Source: Gallionellaceae bacterium
GTDB lineage: Bacteria; Pseudomonadota; Gammaproteobacteria; Burkholderiales; Gallionellaceae
Assembly: GCA_037140475.1 (NCBI GenBank)
Contig: JBAXEJ010000004.1
Coordinates: forward strand, 1,599-65,598
Length of the DNA: 64,000 bases
Reading direction: 5' to 3'
Part shown: one piece after another, positions 40,771 to 51,487 of the stretch
Layout: every line of letters starts with the position of its first letter
Position numbering within the stretch: the first letter of the stretch is position 1
Translations under genes and position numbers: made by a program
Notes under the pieces: model-generated
The model's database searches: none
Told to the model about the DNA's origin: nothing
Seen by the model: only the letters and a program-made list of their open reading frames with translations

Positions 40771-43049
40771 CCACGAATAGGCTCAGCTAGCGGCTCGGCC
40801 ACTTGCCTCAACGGCAAGGTGACATAGAATTGACTGCCCAGCTCTTCACCCGCCGATTCGACCCAGATACGGCCTTTGTAATGCTCAACAATCTTGCGAC
40901 ATAGTGCCAAACCAACCCCGGTTCCCTCGTAAGCTTCCCGAGTCTGTAGTCGTTGAAACACTTTGAATAGGCGGCCTATTTGATCTGGGATAATGCCAAC
41001 GCCATTGTCGGCAACGCACAGCTGCCACTCACTTTGAGTCACCTTACTTGTCACGGTTACCTCAGGTGCTCGTCCTTCGATGCGGTATTTAATCGCGTTG
41101 CCCAATAAGTTTTGCAATAGCCGAAGCAAATCATCTTGGTTGGCAATAATGCTCGGCCATTCACCCGTCGTGTTTATCAAAACTTTGGTGGTAACTATTT
41201 CCGGCTGAAGAAATAACAACGCATCTTCAAACGCAGCGCGACTATCTACCGAAGTGAGAAGTTCGCCTCGCCGCCCAACTCGCGAATATTCGAGCAACGC
41301 GACCAGCATGTGATCAATACGTTTCGCGCCATCCACCGCATAATCAAAATAACGACGCTTTTCAGCATCTAATTTATCAGCAAGCTCCAGTTCAAGTAAC
41401 TGCAAATAGCTAGAGATCATACGTAGCGGCTGACGCATATCGTGCGAAACAGCATAGCTAAACTGCTCTAGCTCAGTGTTGGAGCGCCTCATTTCGATTT
41501 CGTTCTGTTTACGCGCAGAAATATCTCGCGCCGAATTCCACAAGACCGACTGACCGCCGTAGGTGATCGCTTTGGCGCTAATTTCGACATCAATAATTGC
41601 CCCATCTTTGCGACGATGTTGCGTCTCAAAAACATTCGCCTCACGGAAGTTCTCAGCTAACTTTTCTTTCATTGCCTCTGGGTTAAATTTAGCATCCCAT
41701 TGCGCCACGTTCATTTTGAGCAACTCATCACGCCGGTATCCAAGCATGTTGCAGAACATGTCATTGACCTCAACTACCTTACCGGCCATATCAAACACAT
41801 GAATACCATCACCCGATGTCTGCATCAATAACTCATACTTCTCCTTGTCTTTAACCACTGTCAAAGCTTCTTGCAAACGATGCTCATCAGTGACATCTTG
41901 CAAAGTTCCCACGAGGTGAATCAAATTTCCCTCCTCGTCTCGAACTACTCTGCCACGCATTTGTGCGAACCGTACACCACCAAAAACAGTGCAATTTAAT
42001 TTGACCTCAAACGGCTCGCCCTTTTCACGCAACCGTTGTATTGCATCCTGCAACACTCGCTGATCTGCCGCTTGCAACGTGTCTAAAATAGAGTGCAGGG
42101 AAGGCTGAGCTTTTTTCGGCAAGCCGAAAAAATTGAATATTTCGTCAGAAAACACCCATTCATTTTTATCCGGAAAATACTCCCATCGCCCAAGACGGGC
42201 GAGCTGTTGCGCCTCCAACAATCTTTCTTCGCTGGCTTTTAAATTACCAAAGAGCAGATTTATTGGATCGGCAAGCCCAGTGACCACTATCGCTTTGTAT
42301 AAAAAATAAAACGAGATGATTTTGAATAGATGACCCAGCTCGTTAAAAGCGTCACTCATACTGTCGGACACATACTTGGTAAAAGAGAGTTCTGTGGCAA
42401 TCATCAGCACGATAGACCAGCCGATCAGTCGAAAAATTTTGGCATCAAAGTAATTGCGTTTGCGATAGAGCATGCCAAGACTAATAAGCAATGTCGCGAT
42501 GATCGCGTACTCCATATTTATTTTGAAAGGCGTCAATCCCTGCCCCGCTACGAAGCAGGCTGGAAATGTTTTGAAATATAAGATCGAAGCAATTAATGCG
42601 CTCGTAATGAGCCCAAAAATCACCGTTAAAGCAAATTTGCTCAGCGTTCTCTGCGTTCCCAGAAAACCAAATGCAACCAACATGCTCGCCGACTCAAGTG
42701 ATCTAGCCGCGATCCAAAATTGCGGAGCGTAATAATCGTAATCTTTAAAAACCGGCATGCCCTTGTACGACAGGGTATGCAGAATATCGATCAAGCCAAC
42801 AAACAAATAGGCAATGCCAATAAACAGCAAGTATCGATTCTGAATTGAGTGCCAACAGTTGATGGCGATGATGAAAATCGTAAAGGCAATGATGACACTG
42901 AATAACTCAACAAAGCTATGGAACAGCAGGTAGTTGTAGTACGTCGTTAAGTGAATGCCAATCAAAAGGAGCACGCCACCGATCAACTCGCTGAGAGAGA
43001 AATCGCCCCTACCAAACAAGAATGAAAGTATTTTATTATTTTGAGGCAT
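40767..43049 (-). CDS. polytopic membrane sensor (MASE3-like) / 2x PAS / histidine kinase
   Basis: About 270-aa multi-TM N-terminus, two PAS regions, H-box SHDMRQPLR and HATPase (DNGVGI, GTGVGLALC). Confidence 0.88.
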   Translation of the reverse strand: MPQNNKILSFLFGRGDFSLSELIGGVLLLIGIHLTTYYNYLLFHSFVELFSVIIAFTIFIIAINCWHSIQNRYLLFIGIAYLFVGLIDILHTLSYKGMPVFKDYDYYAPQFWIAARSLESASMLVAFGFLGTQRTLSKFALTVIFGLITSALIASILYFKTFPACFVAGQGLTPFKINMEYAIIATLLISLGMLYRKRNYFDAKIFRLIGWSIVLMIATELSFTKYVSDSMSDAFNELGHLFKIISFYFLYKAIVVTGLADPINLLFGNLKASEERLLEAQQLARLGRWEYFPDKNEWVFSDEIFNFFGLPKKAQPSLHSILDTLQAADQRVLQDAIQRLREKGEPFEVKLNCTVFGGVRFAQMRGRVVRDEEGNLIHLVGTLQDVTDEHRLQEALTVVKDKEKYELLMQTSGDGIHVFDMAGKVVEVNDMFCNMLGYRRDELLKMNVAQWDAKFNPEAMKEKLAENFREANVFETQHRRKDGAIIDVEISAKAITYGGQSVLWNSARDISARKQNEIEMRRSNTELEQFSYAVSHDMRQPLRMISSYLQLLELELADKLDAEKRRYFDYAVDGAKRIDHMLVALLEYSRVGRRGELLTSVDSRAAFEDALLFLQPEIVTTKVLINTTGEWPSIIANQDDLLRLLQNLLGNAIKYRIEGRAPEVTVTSKVTQSEWQLCVADNGVGIIPDQIGRLFKVFQRLQTREAYEGTGVGLALCRKIVEHYKGRIWVESAGEELGSQFYVTLPLRQVAEPLAEPIRG

Positions 43050-43118
43050 ATAAATTTCCCAAGTCTGCGGAGACTACAGCAAAGCGCTTTGGGTAAACCA
43101 CCCCGCCAAATCTTCAGG

Positions 43119-44300
43119 CTACGGAACGATATTCCTCAATTCGGCTGGCTTGCCGAAAAGCCAGCCCTGACCAAAGTTACATTTAAGCTCGAGCAATCTT
43201 GCTCTCACTTCTTCAGTCTCAATACCTTCTGCCACCACGTCCATGCCCAATGAGTGAGCGAGCTCAATTGAAGAGGTGACAATTTTTTCGCTTTGTGGCG
43301 ACGTTAGCATCTTACTGGTAAAGGCGATATCGACTTTCATTGTGCCAATAGGATAGCGATTAAGCGTGTCTAAGGAAGAGTGTCCCGTGCCGAAATCATC
43401 AATCGCCAGCGAGCAACCCATTTCCCTTAATTCCGTCAGCAACTTTAAAGCGACTTCAGGCTTGTTGATAATGACTGTTTCGGTAAGCTCTAGCTTCAGC
43501 TCTATGACAGGCATTTTATAGCGCATCAACACCGACTTAACTTCGTCCAAAAATCGCTCACCGGTGAGCTGTGAGGGGGACATATTCACGCTAACAAAAG
43601 GAGATTTCACTTTGGTCGATTTGCGCAACGTAGGCCAATCACGCGCAGCACGCTCTAGCGTCCACAAACCAATTTCACGAATCTGCCCTGTCTGCTCAGC
43701 TAACCACAAGAAATCGAGCGGCGAAACCAACCCTTGCGTTGGATGGCGCCAACGAATTAAGGCTTCATATCCAGCTATTTGTCCTGATTCAATTTCACAG
43801 ATAGGTTGGTAATACAACTCAAACTCATCTTGAGCAAGCGCCCGACCAATGTCGTTCGACATGGTTAGTTTTTGGGTGGCTTCACCTCGCACCGCAATAT
43901 GTTTCGCAGTAAGTTCGGCACGCTTTTGCTCTTGCTCGATTGATTGCGGCTGCGTAGCGCCACGTTTATTGCGATAGCGTTCCAAAATGACTAGCAGCAA
44001 ATGGCGTACGATGGGGTCGGTTTTTTCTAACAACTCGGTCACAGTTTTGCGCTGGATAGTAATCAGCACGACTTTATTGACAGCTCTTGCGGTAGCTGTT
44101 CTAGGCTGATGATCAATCAGCGCAACTTCACCAAACAGCTCACTTTTGCCGATTTGATTAACACGTTGTTCTTGACCGTTAATCGTAACGAAAATCTCGA
44201 CCACACCATCTTCAATTAGATAAGCACAATCGCCCTCATCGCCTTCTTTGAAGATCGTTTCGCCTATTCCAAAAACTTGACGATTTAGATTATTCAGCAT
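43119..44300 (-). CDS. cyclic-nucleotide-binding domain / EAL phosphodiesterase
   Basis: CAP_ED (FKEGDEGDCAYLIEDGVVEI…FGEVALID…RTATARA) and EAL domain (YEALIRW, ELTE, DDFGTGHSS, EGIE). Confidence 0.88.
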   Translation of the reverse strand: MLNNLNRQVFGIGETIFKEGDEGDCAYLIEDGVVEIFVTINGQEQRVNQIGKSELFGEVALIDHQPRTATARAVNKVVLITIQRKTVTELLEKTDPIVRHLLLVILERYRNKRGATQPQSIEQEQKRAELTAKHIAVRGEATQKLTMSNDIGRALAQDEFELYYQPICEIESGQIAGYEALIRWRHPTQGLVSPLDFLWLAEQTGQIREIGLWTLERAARDWPTLRKSTKVKSPFVSVNMSPSQLTGERFLDEVKSVLMRYKMPVIELKLELTETVIINKPEVALKLLTELREMGCSLAIDDFGTGHSSLDTLNRYPIGTMKVDIAFTSKMLTSPQSEKIVTSSIELAHSLGMDVVAEGIETEEVRARLLELKCNFGQGWLFGKPAELRNIVP

Positions 44301-44763
44301 GATGCCCTCGCTTTAAACCAAAAATCAGCGCCAACCCCAATATGCTTTGCGCCAGATATAAGATACTCGCTACGCCGTGCCACAATTTAAATTGCGCGGC
44401 AAATGTACTCTGCACCACCTCTAACGGCAAGGCCCGTAATTTCAAATCAGCCATCATCGGCTGCAACAAAAACTGACCTAGCAACAACAAAAACAACATG
44501 CCCAAAACAATTCGAAAAGTGACTTGCTGCCACGCTAATTTACCGTATTGCTGTAGTTGATGCCCCAATAAATACAGGGCACAACCTAAGCCCACAAACG
44601 CCATAAGCGAGAACATCTTCCCAGCCAACATGCCGGCCAACTGGCGATCAGACAAAGCTTGAAATAGCACGGGCACCGCAAGATAACCTATCGCCCACAT
44701 CCCCCCTACCCACAACACTGTAGCAAAAACGGTTAACGCGTGAGGTAGTTCTCGAAATTTCAT
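44290..44763 (-). CDS. DUF4149-like four-TM membrane protein
   Basis: 157 aa, four predicted TM helices. 4-nt and 11-nt overlaps with neighbouring genes. Confidence 0.6.
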   Translation of the reverse strand: MKFRELPHALTVFATVLWVGGMWAIGYLAVPVLFQALSDRQLAGMLAGKMFSLMAFVGLGCALYLLGHQLQQYGKLAWQQVTFRIVLGMLFLLLLGQFLLQPMMADLKLRALPLEVVQSTFAAQFKLWHGVASILYLAQSILGLALIFGLKRGHHAE

Positions 44764-45461
44764 TTATTAGTGTCCAGCGCCTTTTCTAAATCTGCTGCTG
44801 GCATATAACCAGGATTGATTACCCCATTCGCAAAAATCAACGCGGGCGTACCGTTCACTTTCATTTTCTTAGCCAGCTCCATCACTTTTGCAGTCGGCGC
44901 ATTGCAATTACCGGCAGGCAAGGTGTCACCATCAATCATCAAATCATCCCATGCCTTAGCGCGATCTTTGCTGCACCAAACTGCGCGGGCCTTTTCTTCA
45001 GAGTCTCGTCCACCAATATGCGTGGAAATGAATATATACAAAGTGACATTATTAATACTTTGCATCTCGTGCTCTAATTTTTTACACCAGCCACAATTAG
45101 GATCGCTGAAAAACGCCAACTTGCGACTACCGTTGCCTTTTACTTTTTTCACTGCCAACTCCATTGGCAATTTACTAAAGTCGACCGCGAACAGCTGGCG
45201 CGCGCGCGCATCTGTTAAATTGCGACGCGCTTTGAGATCAAAAAGATTTCCGTCAATTAAATACTCGCCATTTTCATCGGCATAATAAATGTGATCACTC
45301 GTCACTACTTCATACAGTCCAGCGATGGGTGATTTGTTAATCTGTGAGATGTCTCTGACACCATTTTTATTCAAACTACTTTGTAGCTTTGCATTAGTTT
45401 CCGCTACTGCCGCCTGCGCCATAAAAATAGCTGCAAAAGTAAAAAGCAATGTTTTAAACAT
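44760..45461 (-). CDS. dsbC: thiol:disulfide interchange protein DsbC
   Basis: Signal peptide, N-terminal dimerisation domain, and thioredoxin fold with DPNCGWCKK. Confidence 0.88.
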   Translation of the reverse strand: MFKTLLFTFAAIFMAQAAVAETNAKLQSSLNKNGVRDISQINKSPIAGLYEVVTSDHIYYADENGEYLIDGNLFDLKARRNLTDARARQLFAVDFSKLPMELAVKKVKGNGSRKLAFFSDPNCGWCKKLEHEMQSINNVTLYIFISTHIGGRDSEEKARAVWCSKDRAKAWDDLMIDGDTLPAGNCNAPTAKVMELAKKMKVNGTPALIFANGVINPGYMPAADLEKALDTNK

Positions 45462-45496
45462 TTTTAATTCCTTGATTTTATTTAATTAAATAGATT

Positions 45497-46669
45497 CTAA
45501 TTCAGTGCGTGACGCGCCAGCATTTTCTTCAGCGGGGTGATTTTGTTGGTGGCAAAAAGCCCAAGATTGCGCAAGGTGCGTAACACGGGGTTTTTATTCA
45601 CAAATAAATTTTTCAATGCATCCGTTGTTAGCTGCATGGAAAGAATATCTTCTTGGCGGGCTTTTTCATAGCGACGCAGCACATGCAAATCTCCACAATC
45701 GCTTTGCCCAGATTGCAGCAAAGTTTCTGCCAACTGCCGAACATCACGGAAACCTAAATTAACCCCTTGCCCAGACAGTGGGTGCACGTTATGGGCTGCA
45801 TCGCCAACCAAAGCCAAACGAGGTTTAGTGATATGGGCAAGATTAAGCACGCGCAAGGCAAACGCTGCGGGGTGTGTAATTAAACTTAAATCACCCAGTG
45901 TGTATTGCGAAGCAAGTGAAACCTCCGCACAAAATTGTTCCGTCGGCATCGCCAGCAATTCAGCCGATTTTTCTGGGCTGACTGACCACACAATAGACAC
46001 ACGCTTTTCAGGCAGGGGCAGCAACGCCAAAATACCATCGGGCTGAAACCACTGATAAGCCGTGCCGTGATGTGACTTTGTGGTACTGAAATTCGCTACT
46101 ACACCATGCTGATAATAAGGCGTTGGCGTTTCTGCCATGCCCGCTTGATGGCGCACCCATGAGTCGCGACCGTCCGCACCAACGACTAATTTGGCTTTAA
46201 TTTCACGGCCATCTTGTAGCTTAAGATATGCGGCTTCTGGTTGCCAAGACAATTCAGCGCAACGTGCCGGATTAAGCAAGGTCAAATTTTCTTGTTGCTG
46301 AAGCTCATCCCACAAGGCTTTTTGTAGCAAACGGCTCTCTAAAATAAAGGTCAGCTCGGCCGCGCCAATTTCGTAGGCGCTAAAATCTAGTTCTGAGCCT
46401 GTATCCCCAAACACGCGCATTTCTTCTACTTGCTGCACGCGGCTCATATCCATCTTTTGCCAAACGCCGCATTCCCGCAAAAACGCCGCATTTCCCGGAG
46501 TTATGGCGTAAATGCGCGCATCCCAATCATCTGATTTAGTTGAGAAATCAAAATTCTCCTGCCCTTCAACCAAGGCTAAAGTCAGCCCGCTGTTTTTAAG
46601 TGCCGCAGCTAAGCTCGCGCCTACTAAACCACCACCAATAATAACGACATCGAATTCCATCGCACTCAT
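45497..46669 (-). CDS. UbiH/UbiF/VisC/COQ6-family FAD-dependent ubiquinone-biosynthesis hydroxylase
   Basis: FDVVIIGGGLVG dinucleotide motif, GADG and GDAAH…P..GQG motifs. Confidence 0.88.
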   Translation of the reverse strand: MSAMEFDVVIIGGGLVGASLAAALKNSGLTLALVEGQENFDFSTKSDDWDARIYAITPGNAAFLRECGVWQKMDMSRVQQVEEMRVFGDTGSELDFSAYEIGAAELTFILESRLLQKALWDELQQQENLTLLNPARCAELSWQPEAAYLKLQDGREIKAKLVVGADGRDSWVRHQAGMAETPTPYYQHGVVANFSTTKSHHGTAYQWFQPDGILALLPLPEKRVSIVWSVSPEKSAELLAMPTEQFCAEVSLASQYTLGDLSLITHPAAFALRVLNLAHITKPRLALVGDAAHNVHPLSGQGVNLGFRDVRQLAETLLQSGQSDCGDLHVLRRYEKARQEDILSMQLTTDALKNLFVNKNPVLRTLRNLGLFATNKITPLKKMLARHALN

Positions 46670-46746
46670 CCCGATAAAAATTTGGCGGCATCATAGCATG
46701 GGCAAGTTGCTTCATTTATAATCGCTCCCCCTCTCGGAAGCCACCC

Positions 46747-47754
46747 ATGCAAATCGGTCGTTACATACTAAAAAATAACCTCATCGTTGCGCCCATGGCG
46801 GGCGTCACCGATAGGCCGTTTCGCATGTTATGTAAACGCCTAGGAGCGGGAATGGCGGTGAGTGAGATGGTGGCGTCCAATTCCCTACTCTATGGCTCGG
46901 AGAAAACTAAGCGCCGTGCCAACCACGAAGGGGAAGTTGACCCTATTTCGGTACAAATCGTCGGCGCCGACCCAAAGATGCTGGCGCAAGCCGCTCGCTA
47001 TAACGTGGATAGTGGCGCACAGATTATCGACATCAATATGGGGTGCCCGGCCAAAAAGATTTGCAATGTGATGGCGGGCTCTGCCCTCATGCAAAACGAA
47101 ACGCTGGTTAAAGAAATTTTAGAGGCGGTCGTCACTGCCGTGGACGTGCCGGTTACCCTAAAAATCCGTACCGGCTGGGATAAGTCTAATCGCAATGCAG
47201 TCAATATTGCCAAAATTGCTGAAGCCAGCGGCATTCAGGCGCTGGCTATTCATGGCCGCACCCGCGCCTGCGCTTACACCGGTGATGCCGAGTACGACAC
47301 CATCGCTCACGTTAAATCTGAAATAACAATCCCAGTTATCGCCAACGGCGACATCACCACGCCTGAAAAAGCAAAGTACGTGTTGCAACATACCGGCGCT
47401 GACGCCGTGATGATCGGCCGTGCTGCTCAAGGTCGGCCGTGGATGTTTCGTGAGATCGCACACTTTCTCGCCACAGGCGAACATCTCGCTGCACCTTCGG
47501 TAGCAGAAATTCAACAGGTTTTGATTGGCCATGTGCATGAGTTGTATGCATTTTATGGTGAGCATTCCGGCTTGCGTGTCGCACGCAAACATATTTCTTG
47601 GTACACCAAAGGATTAACCGGCTCTGCCAGCTTTCGTCACCACATGAACCAGTTAGAAAGCATTGAAGAGCAGCTACAAGCGGTAAATGATTTTTTTGAA
47701 GGGCAATTGCGAGCTGGGGAGCAACTGCAATATGTCGAGGCAGCACTGGCATGA
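46747..47754 (+). CDS. dusB: tRNA-dihydrouridine synthase B
   Basis: APMAGVTD, INMGCP and GRAA.G.PW motifs. Followed by fis as in the conserved dusB-fis operon. Confidence 0.93.
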   Translation: MQIGRYILKNNLIVAPMAGVTDRPFRMLCKRLGAGMAVSEMVASNSLLYGSEKTKRRANHEGEVDPISVQIVGADPKMLAQAARYNVDSGAQIIDINMGCPAKKICNVMAGSALMQNETLVKEILEAVVTAVDVPVTLKIRTGWDKSNRNAVNIAKIAEASGIQALAIHGRTRACAYTGDAEYDTIAHVKSEITIPVIANGDITTPEKAKYVLQHTGADAVMIGRAAQGRPWMFREIAHFLATGEHLAAPSVAEIQQVLIGHVHELYAFYGEHSGLRVARKHISWYTKGLTGSASFRHHMNQLESIEEQLQAVNDFFEGQLRAGEQLQYVEAALA

Positions 47755-48014
47755 AAAAAGGGGAGTTTAGCGTGTTAGATGAAAATGAAGTGGCGCAATA
47801 TGTGCGCCAAGCAGTTGACGATTACTTTACCGATTTAAACGGTGAAGACCCAATACGCCCCGTCTATGACATGGTGATTGGCTGTGTGGAAAAACCACTG
47901 ATTGAAACTGTTCTCTTCCACGCGGGCGGCAACCAAACCCGCGCAGCAGAATTACTCGGCATGAACCGCAACACCCTGCGCAAAAAAATTCAGACGCACA
48001 AAATTAAATCTTAA
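47751..48014 (+). CDS. fis: Fis-family DNA-binding protein
   Basis: 87 aa with C-terminal HTH GNQTRAAELLGMNRNTLRKK. ATGA overlap with dusB. Confidence 0.9.
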   Translation: MKKGEFSVLDENEVAQYVRQAVDDYFTDLNGEDPIRPVYDMVIGCVEKPLIETVLFHAGGNQTRAAELLGMNRNTLRKKIQTHKIKS

Positions 48015-48030
48015 TAATTAGGAACTCAAC

Positions 48031-49596
48031 ATGGCAACGATTACTCAAGCACTCATCAGCGTATCCGACAAATCCGGCATTCTGGAATTCGCACAAGGTT
48101 TGCATCAACTTGGCGTAAAGATTTTATCTACGGGCGGCACTGCAAAATTGCTCGCCGACAACCAGATTCCTTGCACCGAAGTTGCAGATTACACCGGCTT
48201 CCCAGAAATGCTGGATGGCCGTGTAAAAACGCTGCAGCCTAAAGTTCATGCTGGCATCTTGGCTCGCCGGGATTTACCCGAGCACGTTGCCACCTTGAAG
48301 AAGCACGATATTCCAACGATTGATTTAGTCGTGGTTAATTTATATCCCTTCGCTGCGACCATCGCTAAAGCAGGCTGCACATTAGAAGATGCGATAGAGA
48401 ATATCGACATCGGCGGCCCAACCATGGTGCGCTCTGCGGCTAAGAATCACGCGCATGTGGCTATCGTCACCGACCCAAGCGATTACGCTGACATTCTGGC
48501 TGAGATGCAAACGAATAAAGGCGCAGTCAGTGACGCCACCCGTTTTGACTTGGCAAAAAAAGCTTTCTCGCACACCGCCGCTTACGACAGCATGATTAGC
48601 AATTACCTCACTGCGATTAACAGCGATGGCACAAAGAGCACATTCCCTGCACAGATCAATTTCAATTTCGCTAAGGTGCAAGACATGCGCTACGGCGAAA
48701 ATCCACACCAGAATGCGGCGTTTTACCGTGACCTCAATCCAGTAGCAGGCGGCATCTCTGACTACACCCAGTTGCAAGGCAAAGAGCTTTCCTACAACAA
48801 CATCGGCGATGCAGATGCAGCATGGGAACTCGTGAAAACTTTCGATGCACCTGCTTGTGTGATCGTCAAACACGCCAACCCCTGTGGCGTAGCGATTGCC
48901 GACACCCCATTGAATGCTTACAAATTAGCCTACGCCACCGACACCACTTCTGCGTTCGGCGGCATCATCGCCTTCAATCGCGAATTGGACGAAGCAAGTG
49001 CGGCACAAATTACGGCAAACCAATTTGTTGAACTCATCATTGCTCCGTCAGCAACTGAAGCCGCATTGAAAGTGACTGCCGCTAAACTAAACGTGCGCGT
49101 ACTCACTGTGCCACTGTCTAATGCGCACAACCAATATGACGTGAAACGCGTGAGCGGTGGCTTGCTGGTGCAATCACCAGATGCACTTAATGTGCAACTC
49201 GCGCAACTCAAAGTCGTGAGCAAAGTACAACCAAGTAAAGAACAACTCACTGACCTGCTGTTCGCGTGGCGTGTCGCAAAATATGTAAAATCGAACGCCA
49301 TCGTGTTCTGCAAAAATGGTCAAACGCTCGGCGTGGGCGCAGGCCAGATGAGCCGAGTGGATAGCACTAAAATTGCCAGCATCAAAGCGCAGCACGCAGG
49401 CTTGAGCTTGGTCGATTCGGTTGTATCTTCGGATGCGTTCTTCCCCTTCCGCGACGGTATCGACGTACTGGCACAAGCCGGTGCTAAGGCCGTGATTCAG
49501 CCAGGAGGTTCGATGCGCGACGAAGAAGTTATTACAGCAGCGGATGAGCATGGTTTGGCGATGGTGTTCACTGGCTTCCGCCATTTCCGTCATTAA
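48031..49596 (+). CDS. purH: bifunctional AICAR transformylase / IMP cyclohydrolase
   Basis: [10 protein letters not shown]…STGGTA N-terminus and C-terminal FTGFRHFRH. Confidence 0.97.
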   Translation: MATITQALISVSDKSGILEFAQGLHQLGVKILSTGGTAKLLADNQIPCTEVADYTGFPEMLDGRVKTLQPKVHAGILARRDLPEHVATLKKHDIPTIDLVVVNLYPFAATIAKAGCTLEDAIENIDIGGPTMVRSAAKNHAHVAIVTDPSDYADILAEMQTNKGAVSDATRFDLAKKAFSHTAAYDSMISNYLTAINSDGTKSTFPAQINFNFAKVQDMRYGENPHQNAAFYRDLNPVAGGISDYTQLQGKELSYNNIGDADAAWELVKTFDAPACVIVKHANPCGVAIADTPLNAYKLAYATDTTSAFGGIIAFNRELDEASAAQITANQFVELIIAPSATEAALKVTAAKLNVRVLTVPLSNAHNQYDVKRVSGGLLVQSPDALNVQLAQLKVVSKVQPSKEQLTDLLFAWRVAKYVKSNAIVFCKNGQTLGVGAGQMSRVDSTKIASIKAQHAGLSLVDSVVSSDAFFPFRDGIDVLAQAGAKAVIQPGGSMRDEEVITAADEHGLAMVFTGFRHFRH

Positions 49597-49629
49597 AACC
49601 TGCTGCGCTTGGCATTGAGGAGTTTTTAA

Positions 49630-50904
49630 ATGAAAATTTTGGTGATAGGTAACGGCGGCCGCGAACACGCACTGGCATGGCGCTTAGCGCAAGGCGCAAA
49701 AGTACAAAAAGTTTTCGTTGCCCCTGGCAATGCAGGCACTGAGTTAGAAGATGGCGTAGAAAACGTCGCCATCACAGCCATCCCTGAGCTGATTGAATTC
49801 GTTAAACACGAAGATATCTACATGACTGTCGTTGGCCCCGAAGCGCCTCTAGCTGCGGGTATCGTGGATGCCTTCCGTACTGAAGGACTCAAAATATTTG
49901 GCCCAAGCAAAGCGGCGGCACAACTCGAATCCTCCAAAGATTTCGCCAAGCGCTTCATGACGCGCCATAACATCCCGACGGCGTTTTTCGAGACCTTTAG
50001 CGACATCGCACCTGCCAAAGCCTATGTGGAAAAACACGGTGCGCCTATCGTCATCAAGGCAGATGGACTTGCCGCAGGTAAAGGCGTGGTCGTTGCGATG
50101 AGCAAGCAAGAAGCCTTCGATGCTATCGACATGATGCTCTCGGACAACAAACTCGGTGATGCCGGTGCACGCGTAGTTATCGAAGAATTCCTCGCGGGCG
50201 AAGAAGCCAGCTTCATCGTGATGGTGGATGGCAAAAACGTGTTGGCGATGGCTACCAGCCAAGACCATAAACGCTTACTGGATGGCGACAACGGCCCTAA
50301 CACCGGCGGCATGGGCGCTTATTCTCCTGCTCCAGTTGTCACCCCCACGATCCACGCCAAAGTATTGCGCGAAGTGATCCAACCCGTGGTGCGCGGCATG
50401 GAAAGCGAAGGTATTACTTACACTGGCTTTTTATATGCCGGCTTGATGATTTCTCCCGACGGCGGCATCAAGGTACTCGAATTTAATTGCCGCATGGGCG
50501 ACCCAGAAACACAGCCGATCATGTTGCGTTTAAAGAGCGATTTTGCTGCCATCGTTGAGCACGCGATTGATGGAACCTTAGATAAAGTCGAAGCCGAATG
50601 GGATAGACGGACTGCATTGGGCGTGGTCTTGGCGGCTGCCCATTATCCCGACACACCGCGCAAAGGCGATGTCATCACGGGTCTACCAAAGAAATTACAA
50701 GACGCTCATGTCTTCCACGCAGGTACAACCACACAGGACGACAAAGTGGTCACCAACGGCGGGCGAGTGCTGTGCGTTGTCGCTTTGGGTGACATGGTGC
50801 GACATGCACAAAAAAATGCCTATGACATCGCCGACACGATTCGCTTTGATGGCATGCAGATGCGCCGAGACATCGGCTGGCGTGCGATCCAGCATAAAAA
50901 GTAA
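49630..50904 (+). CDS. purD: phosphoribosylamine--glycine ligase
   Basis: MKILVIGNGGREHALAW N-terminus and ATP-grasp motifs. Confidence 0.97.
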   Translation: MKILVIGNGGREHALAWRLAQGAKVQKVFVAPGNAGTELEDGVENVAITAIPELIEFVKHEDIYMTVVGPEAPLAAGIVDAFRTEGLKIFGPSKAAAQLESSKDFAKRFMTRHNIPTAFFETFSDIAPAKAYVEKHGAPIVIKADGLAAGKGVVVAMSKQEAFDAIDMMLSDNKLGDAGARVVIEEFLAGEEASFIVMVDGKNVLAMATSQDHKRLLDGDNGPNTGGMGAYSPAPVVTPTIHAKVLREVIQPVVRGMESEGITYTGFLYAGLMISPDGGIKVLEFNCRMGDPETQPIMLRLKSDFAAIVEHAIDGTLDKVEAEWDRRTALGVVLAAAHYPDTPRKGDVITGLPKKLQDAHVFHAGTTTQDDKVVTNGGRVLCVVALGDMVRHAQKNAYDIADTIRFDGMQMRRDIGWRAIQHKK

Positions 50905-50907
50905 TTC

Positions 50908-51465
50908 GTGCAGCGCCCTGCGTTTTCTTTTCGCGCACTCGCCACCCACCTCAAGCGCGGCGGCTTAATCGCTTATCCCACAGAGTCTTGCTATGGCTTG
51001 GGCTGCGATCCAAATAGTCGCCAAGCGGTGCAGCGCATTCTTCAACTCAAACGACGCCCGCAGCAGAAGGGATTGATACTGATTGCTTCGGAATATTCTC
51101 AGATAAGTCAATATATTCAATATATTACAAAAAATGAGCAAGCCAGACTCAAGAACGACGGCGCGCAAGCCATTACCTATTTAATGCCCGCACGGCCTTC
51201 TGCGCCACGCTGGTTACGCGGCAAACATGACTCGCTGGCCATTCGGTTTACCGCGCACCCTGTCGCAAAAAATTTATGCCGCGCTAGCCATAGCGCATTA
51301 GTTTCTACCAGCGCGAATCGAAGCGGTATGCGTCCTGCTAAAACTTACGCCGAGTGCCAGCGCTTGTTTGGCAAAAATGTTTGGGTGCTACGCGGCCGCA
51401 TCGGAAAACGTAAGCAGCCTTCAACAATACGCGCGTGGTCGGATGATAGAATCGTGCGCAAATAA
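50908..51465 (+). CDS. tsaC: L-threonylcarbamoyladenylate synthase (TsaC/YrdC type)
   Basis: [18 protein letters not shown] and STSANRSG motifs. GTG start. Confidence 0.85.
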   Translation: MQRPAFSFRALATHLKRGGLIAYPTESCYGLGCDPNSRQAVQRILQLKRRPQQKGLILIASEYSQISQYIQYITKNEQARLKNDGAQAITYLMPARPSAPRWLRGKHDSLAIRFTAHPVAKNLCRASHSALVSTSANRSGMRPAKTYAECQRLFGKNVWVLRGRIGKRKQPSTIRAWSDDRIVRK

Positions 51466-51487
51466 CAACGAACACACCGGAGAAAAA

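Noticed and set aside
47158-47752. Two overlapping minus-strand ORFs (144 and 132 aa) opposite dusB
   Set aside because: They are antisense to a conserved dusB reading frame, have no motifs, and overlap each other in different frames.
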